NCBI GenBank assembly: GCA_963748135.1
Contig: CAVVHY010000044.1
Coordinates: 1,376-65,375 of the forward strand
Direction: 5' to 3'
DNA: 64,000 bases
DNA from: an uncultured Gammaproteobacteria bacterium
Lineage (GTDB): Bacteria > Pseudomonadota > Gammaproteobacteria > JBGSLN01
Shown one piece after another: positions 58,154 to 64,000 of the stretch. Position 1 is the stretch's first letter. The number at the start of each line of letters is the position of its first letter. Under the pieces are notes generated by a model. The model was not told where the DNA came from, made no database searches, and was given only the letters and a program-made list of their open reading frames with translations. The position numbers were made by a program, and so were the translations under genes.

Positions 58154-60067
58154 TTAGCACTGCAACCTGGTCAAAGAAACACTCACAAGGTCTTTTCTTG
58201 TCTCTGAGGGTATGGAATTTTCTATTACATAATTTGAAATACGCTCGATAATTTCATGAGGAGGGCGACTCAGATAACTTTTTTCTGTGTTTGCTGCAGT
58301 AATCATTTTCGTGAGCAATTCCTTTTTGTTGTGATAATTTTCATCTTCTGCTATATAAGTTAAAATGTTATTAAACATTAAAACCAATTGGGTAGGTTCA
58401 ATGCCATCGATATTCAGTCTATTACTGCCGGTAGGTTTTATCTTTCCGAGTTTGGTCTGCATATGCAACAACATTTTTTTCACAATCTGGTAACGCCTAT
58501 CGGACTTACTGATGGTAGTAACCCAAAAAAAACTAACCATGCGTTCCCTTGTTGACTTAGAACATAATAGTATCAGTTCATTTATATAATTTTCTGGCGT
58601 GAATTTGTCTTTTGTACTCTCATCTATGTCCTGAAAGCTTTCCTTCAGGCCTGCATAATCTAAATTCTGCAAAAGTTGATAAATAGTAATAGCATGTTGT
58701 GCGGTTTTATTATTAATTTTTAGTTTTAAGCGTTTGGCACGTAATGAACAATCCATAAAAGGTTTTGTAAAGGGTGATGTATTTAGAAGCCTACCATTAA
58801 AAAAATCTGTGATAATTTTTATATCTTCATCTTGAACTAGGGTAAGCCCAATATTATTGATATACTTTTCCCACCAAAGCTGAGCTTGTTCATTATCTTT
58901 AGAAATGCCTAATCCTTCACTATACATCCAGCCTAAATTGAATTGCGCCGTTGCATGTCCTTGCTTAGCCGCTTGGGAATACAACTCAACGGCCTTCTCG
59001 TAATTTTGGGCAACGCCTCGTCCCTCTTGATACATCCACCCTAAAGTGTTTTGTGCCCCTGCATACCCTTGTTCAGCTGCTTTAGAATACAACTTAACGG
59101 CTTTCTCATCATTTTGGGCAACGCCTTGTCCCTCTAGATACATCCACCCTAAATTGGATTGCGCCATTGCATGTCCTTGCTTAGCCGCTTGGGAATAAAA
59201 CTTAACGGCCTTCTTGTAATTTTGGGCAACGCCTCGTCCATATGCGTACATTAATCCTAGATTATTTTGCGCCGTTGCATATCCTTGCTCAGCTGCCTTA
59301 AGAAACCACTCAACAGCTATCTCATCATTTTGGGCAACACCTCGTCCTTTTCTATACATTATTCCCAAATTGAATTGCGCCGTTGCATGTCCTTGCTCAG
59401 CCGCCTTAAGATACCACTCAACGGCTTTCTCGTAATTTCGGGCAACGCCTCGTCCTTTTCTATACATTATTCCCAAATTGTATTGCGCTTCTGCAAATCC
59501 TTGCCTAACTGCTTCTTGAGCGCATTTAAAAGCTTGCTCATAGTCTCAATCAACTCCACGCCCAGCATAATACAGGAAACCCAACATATAGCGGGACGGG
59601 GGATGCTTCTTTCCTGCAGCCTTAAAATAAGCAAACGCTTTCGACTCGTCGGGTGTTGGTAACCCTATACCGCTTAAGGCTTGTAACCCACACCGGAAAT
59701 ATTCGAATGCTTGTTCATCAGAATCTGCAGCTGAAATATTAATTTTATGAGTCACTCTGAGACTTCGATTTAGTTCACTATCAAGCCTTAATCGCTTCAT
59801 GGCAATATAACTTCTCGTGAACTCATAGGCTCGATAATATGCTGCACAGGCATCTAAGAACTTGCTGTTATCTTTTAAAACATCACCTTGTTGAATGTAC
59901 AATTGGGTTAAATCTTTCTTAAGAGTTCGATAAGCGGATGTGTCCTTATCAGGTGCTGCTTTTAATTTCTTTTCAAGCTCAGCTATGCTTTTTTGAAGCG
60001 CCACGACGGTCTCAGCTGATACTGTCATATCTGATATTCCTGACTTTCCGGCACGATACCTTTGCAT
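58154..60067 (-). pseudogene. Sel1-repeat gene (paralog of 26782..28293) interrupted by an in-frame TGA
   Basis: Track ORFs 59546..60067 and 58154..59476 are in the same frame. The sequence reads ..YYAGRGVD-TGA(59546-59548)-DYEQAFKCAQEAVRQGFAEAQYNLGIMYRKGRG... The paralog has GRGVVQDYEQAF at this point. At least 8 SLR units plus the family C-terminal domain. Confidence 0.8.
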
Positions 60068-60204
60068 AATTAAACTACCTTTGTCGATGGGGACGAAGTT
60101 ATTAAATTATACGCGGCACCACTATCAAACACTTTGTTGTAGAAGGTCAATATACTTGTTAATATCGGAAAATAAGTTCGATAAAAGCGAAGTAAGGAGA
60201 ATGG

Positions 60205-60386
60205 GAACAGGTCTTTCATTATAGCATTTTCCAATATTTATGGGGTCAGGTCGCTTCCAAGTAACAATCGTGCTAGCTGTTAAAAAGCCTTAGGATACAC
60301 ATGACAACCATTCATAAAGTTCAAGAGCAGCAGAGACATCCCCCCCCAAAGTTGCAAAATGCTATAATGAAAGACCTGACACCGTT
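60205..60386. repeat. complete family-C MITE (about 33-bp imperfect terminal inverted repeats)
   Basis: Left end GAACAGGTCTTTCATTATAGCATTTTCCAA (60205-60234). The right end, as reverse complement, is GAACGGTGTCAGGTCTTTCATTATAGCATTTTGCAAC (60350-60386). Confidence 0.8.
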
Positions 60387-60609
60387 CTTCCAGTTATAAA
60401 AATAATGAGAGCGTATGACACGCTTTTGATGGTTCTCATCAAACCTGTCCTTCTAATTGTAATTATTAGCTGCCATTAGCTTACGATGTTAAGGGGAAGG
60501 TGTAATTACTAAAATTAGTAGTAATAAATAGGGAAACTATTATTAATTGAATTAGGTTTAATGCGCTTTCTCTAAAAGACAGCATCTTTGAGACCAAAGC
60601 TGAGTTTTC

Positions 60610-61203
60610 CTAGCAGGACAACTTAGCGAAACAATCATCAACAACTTCTTTTTGTTTTTCATGTGATAAGTGATCTGACATACCAATGATTGCTGTATAT
60701 CTGAGAATTTCGCATGGGAAACGAGATAGATATGTAGTGCCTCTGTTTGTGACGCTGACCATATTTGTAATTAGCTGCTTTTTATCCCGATAATGTAAAT
60801 CTTCAGCTATACAATTTAACGCATTGCCAAATATCGATACTAGTTCTTGTGGTTGAAAGGTAACAATATTAACTGTTTCGTCGCTGACAATAGCTCCCTT
60901 TCGATCCCGCAAAAATTGCAAGATATTTTTTATGATTTGATAAAGTGGATGCTGTTTATCAATGGCGTACTTAAAAAAAGATGCCTTATGTGTATCATCT
61001 GATTTAGAGCAAAGTGATTTTAGTTTATTTATGTAGTTTGCTGGTGTGAATTCAGCTTTAATCTGGTCGTCCATATCCTTGGTGCTTTTTATCAATGCTG
61101 CATAATCTAACGATAGCAGAAGTTGATAGATAATGAATACCTGTTGCGCTTTCTCATCCTCTATATCTAATTTTAAGCGCTTGATACTTAATAAACAATC
61201 CAT
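60610..61203 (-). pseudogene. C-terminal-domain-only fragment of a third Sel1-family gene
   Basis: MDCLLSIKRLKLDIEDEKAQQVFIIYQLLLSLDYAALIKS..FTPANYINKL aligns to FMDCSLRAKRLKLKINNKTAQHAITIYQLLQNLDYAGLKES..FTPENYINEL. No SLR repeats lie upstream. Confidence 0.7.
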
Positions 61204-61230
61204 ATAGAGCTTTGTGTCCTGTTTAGTCTT

Positions 61231-61734
61231 TTAAAGTGGTTCAACCACCGCTTCACAACATAAATCTAAAACACGCTGCACGGCGGTTTTGGCTGAATTG
61301 GTATGAATGGTTGAAAAGCCAGGGCCCGTCCTCATATTCCATGCCTTTAACATATCAAGTGCACTGGCGTCTCGGACTTCACCGACAATGATAGAATCGG
61401 GTAAGGCCCGCATGCTGACCCACAATAAAGTGTTGGTATTGATAGTTACCGTCGTTAGCATGGCCTTGGTATTTAAGAGACTGCATTGCAATTCTTGGAC
61501 TTGCTCAATCATTACGACTCGATGACCCAGCAGTACATGTCGGGAAAGCTCTGCGAGCAGCGCATTGGTAAAAGTGGTTTTACCTGAACCTGGGCTGCTG
61601 CTTACTAAAATATTACGTCTATCACGTATCGCTTGGAGTAGTATTTCGGCATATTCCAAAGATAAGATTTTTGCTTCAATATAATCGTCAAAGTGAAATA
61701 CCACCTTGGCAACAAGATTACGTGAATCCAACAT
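61231..61734 (-). pseudogene. internal fragment of a VirB11/TrbB-type secretion ATPase gene
   Basis: Walker A SSSPGSGKTT; LPDSIIVGEVRDASALDMLKAWNMRTGPGFSTIHTNSA matches P.RIIVGE.R..EA...L.A..TGH.G..TIHA.S. About half of the usual ~330 aa is present. Its ends overlap or abut other gene fragments. Confidence 0.7.
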
Positions 61735-62185
61735 TACTCAACTAAAATGGAAACATGTTAATTTAAAGTTCCGACATGCCTACATTCCTGCTGAAAATTC
61801 CAAAACTAAAAAGGCAATTCCTATCCCATTAAATGCTACCGCAATAGATGTTATTAAAAGACAAATTGGTAAACATTCTGAATTTGTTTTCACTTATAGA
61901 AGCAAACCTGTTAGAAGATGTAATTGCAGTGCCTGGCGGAAGGCTCTAGCACGATCAAGTATTATAAATTTTCGTTGGCATGATCTACGACATACTTGGG
62001 CGAGTTGGCATGTACAAAATGGTACGAGCCTACATGAATTACAGCAACTTGGTGGGTGGTCTAACTTCGAAACGGTATTGCGTTATGCGCATTTATCTAG
62101 TCGGCATATCTCCGATGCAGCGGATCGAATTCACGTCACAAATTTGTCACAATTGGGTGTTTATGATGAAGAGGTTGTTTCGTAA
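61706..62185 (+). pseudogene. C-terminal (catalytic) fragment of a tyrosine recombinase / phage-type integrase
   Basis: ATRLRESNITQLKWKHVNL (first Arg box), FRWHDLRHTWASWHVQNG (H-x-x-R), LGGWSNFETVLRYAHL (catalytic Tyr). The N-terminal half is missing. Ends 14 bp from the tRNA 3' end. Confidence 0.85.
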
Positions 62186-62199
62186 CTCTTTGATTTTAA

Positions 62200-62275
62200 T
62201 GGCGCGCCCGGAGAGATTCGAACTCCCGACCAACCGGTTCGAGCCGGTTACTCTATCCAGCTGAGCTACGGGCGC
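62200..62275 (-). tRNA. tRNA-Arg-like gene (NCG anticodon class) with an apparent 6-nt anticodon loop
   Basis: Reverse complement is GCGCCCGTAGCTCAGCTGGATAGAGTAACCGGCTCGAACCGGTTGGTCGGGAGTTCGAATCTCTCCGGGCGCGCCA. The acceptor, D and T arms fold canonically, and the ends are identical to E. coli tRNA-Arg. The anticodon stem ACCGG/CCGGT encloses CTCGAA (6 nt), where CTNCGAA is expected. Confidence 0.8.
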
Positions 62276-62491
62276 GGATAGGATTTTTGAAGGGCAAAGC
62301 TTAGCATGATTTTATTGTTTTGCGCCAGGGCTTTGCTATAAATCTTCGTATAATTTGAGACTTATATCAATATGTAAGCTAGGGGGACTGCGGGGGTTGA
62401 TTAGGACGATGAAATCATTGAAATCAATGGGACATGAAGCCATTGGGACATGAATCCATTTGAATTTAGGTATATATGACCAATAATTATC

Positions 62492-62749
62492 TTATGCTGA
62501 TGCGGTTGAATTTTTTTTAGTTTCAGTCATGAAGGGAATTCCTGTCTCTTGCTGAATTTGGCTGAGTGTATCCATAGTTCTGGTACTAGGAGATTTACCA
62601 AACATGCCTAATAGTCCGACGGGTAATCTTATTCGCGAACGTGCCGTGTTTAGGATGGCTTCATCTTCCTTGGATAGGTAGCCAGAATCTTGAGCTGGTA
62701 CGTTAAGATTATCTGCGTTTACCTGCCATGCCATTTGCGTCATTCGCAA
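62492..62749 (-). CDS. hypothetical ORF, possibly the frameshifted 3' continuation of 62709..63626
   Basis: 85-aa ORF overlapping the end of the upstream ORF by 41 nt in another frame. No independent RBS seen. Confidence 0.3.
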   Translation of the reverse strand: MRMTQMAWQVNADNLNVPAQDSGYLSKEDEAILNTARSRIRLPVGLLGMFGKSPSTRTMDTLSQIQQETGIPFMTETKKNSTASA

Positions 62750-63626
62750 TCATAATTTCATCAGTAGAATTACCATCATCACTAATTAATTGTTTAGACT
62801 GGGATGTCCCTTCATTGCTTTCATCGGAGAGCGAGCTTGAAGTTGCATTATCTTTGATCAAGTTATTTGTTACATTTCCTAAAATAGTTATTTTAGCTTT
62901 TGCGCTCTTTTTTAACGGGTTGGTTCCATGTCCCAAGCGTTTAACTTCAGCACTTACGCGTTGATAAGTTTCTATTCGGCGCCATGACTCAGAAGTTTTT
63001 GGTTCAGAGTTGATTTCTGTTGTTACTTCAACTGTGGTTAGTTCAACAATATTGGTTCCATTATCATTCGCTGATTTTGGCCAAATTCTTGCAGGTAATA
63101 AGGTAATCAAGCCATTTTTTATTTTAGCTGCTAAATGAGCGCCTGATTTTAATAAGCTCGGCCATTCTATATTAAAACTACGTTTGATGGATTGGTTAAG
63201 TGTTCTATGATAACGGTTTCGGAAATCATCGTTACGTGATGGCAGGTAACCGAAGCTATAATCCCAAAGACTGCTTAGCAGATACACTGGCGCCAAACAA
63301 ATTTTGATAAAGGTACCAGGAAGATCACTATGATTGTGGCCGTGTTCATGCTCACCATGATGGGCATGATCGTGTTCCTCAAATGGAAAAATATAATGAT
63401 AGTCTTGCGCAACTTCATCCAATGTATTGACAATTGCGGTCAACACGGCGGGTACTGGATGTAAGATATCGGCTGTCACACCTTCACCCACAACATGACC
63501 AATAAAGATAACTATCTTTAGCGGTAAGCTGATAGCATTAATTGCTAATCTAAATGGATTACAAAACTGCAACCAATTTTCTTCACCTTTGGTGGCTTTA
63601 AGGTTATGCCAAACGCCATGAAACAT
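62709..63626 (-). CDS. hypothetical membrane-associated protein with a His-rich segment
   Basis: 305-aa ORF with a hydrophobic N-terminal part and EEHDHAHHGEHEHGHNHSD. In the same frame as 63669..63989, from which it is separated by one TGA. Confidence 0.5.
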   Translation of the reverse strand: MFHGVWHNLKATKGEENWLQFCNPFRLAINAISLPLKIVIFIGHVVGEGVTADILHPVPAVLTAIVNTLDEVAQDYHYIFPFEEHDHAHHGEHEHGHNHSDLPGTFIKICLAPVYLLSSLWDYSFGYLPSRNDDFRNRYHRTLNQSIKRSFNIEWPSLLKSGAHLAAKIKNGLITLLPARIWPKSANDNGTNIVELTTVEVTTEINSEPKTSESWRRIETYQRVSAEVKRLGHGTNPLKKSAKAKITILGNVTNNLIKDNATSSSLSDESNEGTSQSKQLISDDGNSTDEIMIANDANGMAGKRR

Positions 63627-63668
63627 GTTTTTAATAGATACCTTAGTTAATTGATTAAAGGTGTCTAA

Positions 63669-63989
63669 TCAATTACTGATATTAAACAAAAAGTCGGTAG
63701 ATGTATAAGCTGATACGGTAATATCAGGGACCCAGACACCACCTTTAATAATAAACGGTGATAGCGCCATCCCAGCCTTGGCGGTATACCACCAAGTACC
63801 AGCTGTAGCAAGGGTCGCAAACAGACTTAGTCCAACGACCGACGTTAACAGGGCCCCATAAAATCTTGTTTCCAAGAGATAGCGAGTTAAACTTTCTTTA
63901 TAATCTATACCCTCAATAGTTATCGTCTTCCGGAAAAACTGCTTTTTGATATTTTTTGTCCATTTCCGTAAGGTATTGTTCCGGATCAT
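63669..63989 (-). CDS. hypothetical membrane protein, probably the N-terminal part of the downstream ORF
   Basis: 106-aa ORF with one TM helice (FYGALLTSVVGLSLFATLATAG). The stop TGA at 63669-63671 is in frame with the ATG at 63626. Confidence 0.45.
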   Translation of the reverse strand: MIRNNTLRKWTKNIKKQFFRKTITIEGIDYKESLTRYLLETRFYGALLTSVVGLSLFATLATAGTWWYTAKAGMALSPFIIKGGVWVPDITVSAYTSTDFLFNISN

Positions 63990-64000
63990 ATTTGAGATTG

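Noticed and set aside
58154-61203. C-terminal ...RLQC and ...KLSC ends of the Sel1-family proteins as lipidation motifs.
   Set aside because: The Cys is the last residue, not in a CaaX, CC or CXC context. The intact paralog ends ...RLKI.
1283-61525. Numerous short track ORFs nested inside or antisense to long ORFs. Examples: 1283..1504, 1876..2127, 2217..2648, 2350..2640, 2847..3095, 4256..4669, 6156..6886 set, 9523..9834, 10319..10657, 13150..13353, 19887..20252, 26123..26422, 27809..28063, 29864..30097, 32586..32870, 33629..33895, 35824..36081, 44161..44382, 48883..49107, 53401..53946, 56128..57771 set, 59267..59662, 61307..61525.
   Set aside because: They overlap stronger, motif-bearing ORFs. 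They have low-complexity or skewed composition typical of antisense frames in AT-rich DNA, and no RBS.
7341-63671. Recurrent in-frame TGA codons (7341-7343, 59546-59548, 63669-63671) as evidence for TGA recoding (Trp/Sec or genetic code 4).
   Set aside because: TGA is used as the ordinary stop of many well-supported genes here (e.g. 3624-3626, 12572-12574, 15080-15082, 16562-16564, 18001-18003). The Sel1 paralog has Gln at the equivalent position. No SECIS-like context was seen. Simple nonsense mutations in an AT-biased, decaying region fit better.

Overview
AT-rich bacterial chromosomal window that reads as an accessory effector island of an intracellular, Legionellales-like gammaproteobacterium. 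The taxon is inferred from gene content only. No database search was possible, and all domain calls come from motifs read by eye.

A minority of genes look metabolic or housekeeping:
- one MFS transporter and two APC transporters
- a secreted alkyl-sulfatase
- an MTA/SAH-nucleosidase-like enzyme
- a YeeE/YedE pair
- LOG
- an SDR

Most other genes encode large orphan proteins with eukaryote-type modules:
- PP2C-like phosphatase
- Ser/Thr kinase (one intact, one decayed kinase-like gene)
- ankyrin
- F-box
- OTU fused to a ParA-like ATPase
- Sel1
- Rab/Ras-like GTPase with a CaaX tail
- an RCC1 fragment
- a GCKR/MurQ-like SIS protein
- MT-A70
- TPR

Several paralog families recur inside the window:
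- the 402/407-aa family, with 2 genes plus 1 fragment
- the Sel1 family, with 1 intact copy, 1 copy carrying a nonsense codon and 1 fragment
- a CaaX-tailed tandem trio plus a distant fourth member
- a shared N-terminal module on two proteins
- PAS-LuxR, with 1 intact and 1 truncated copy

The region is littered with mobile-element debris:
- IS110, three IS3 fragments, IS21 istB and IS6
- an integrase fragment and a virB11-like fragment next to a tRNA-Arg
- toxin-antitoxin material (brnTA, a second decayed brnTA copy with fic inserted, truncated higB)
- at least three families of MITE/REP-like palindromic repeats
- many nonsense or frameshift lesions

Best leads:
1. The tandem trio of CaaX-tailed paralogs, one carrying an F-box, built on an unrecognised domain.
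2. The ParA-like / Ulp-like(Cys-less) / OTU fusion protein with 18-bp-periodic repeats upstream.
3. A 17-bp dyad, TCCGTA-N5-TACGGA, found only in intergenic DNA upstream of several accessory genes.
4. fic sitting between the promoter/operator array and the 3' remnant of a duplicated brnTA locus.
5. A heptanucleotide repeat carrying serial ATGs at the start of one 407-aa family gene.
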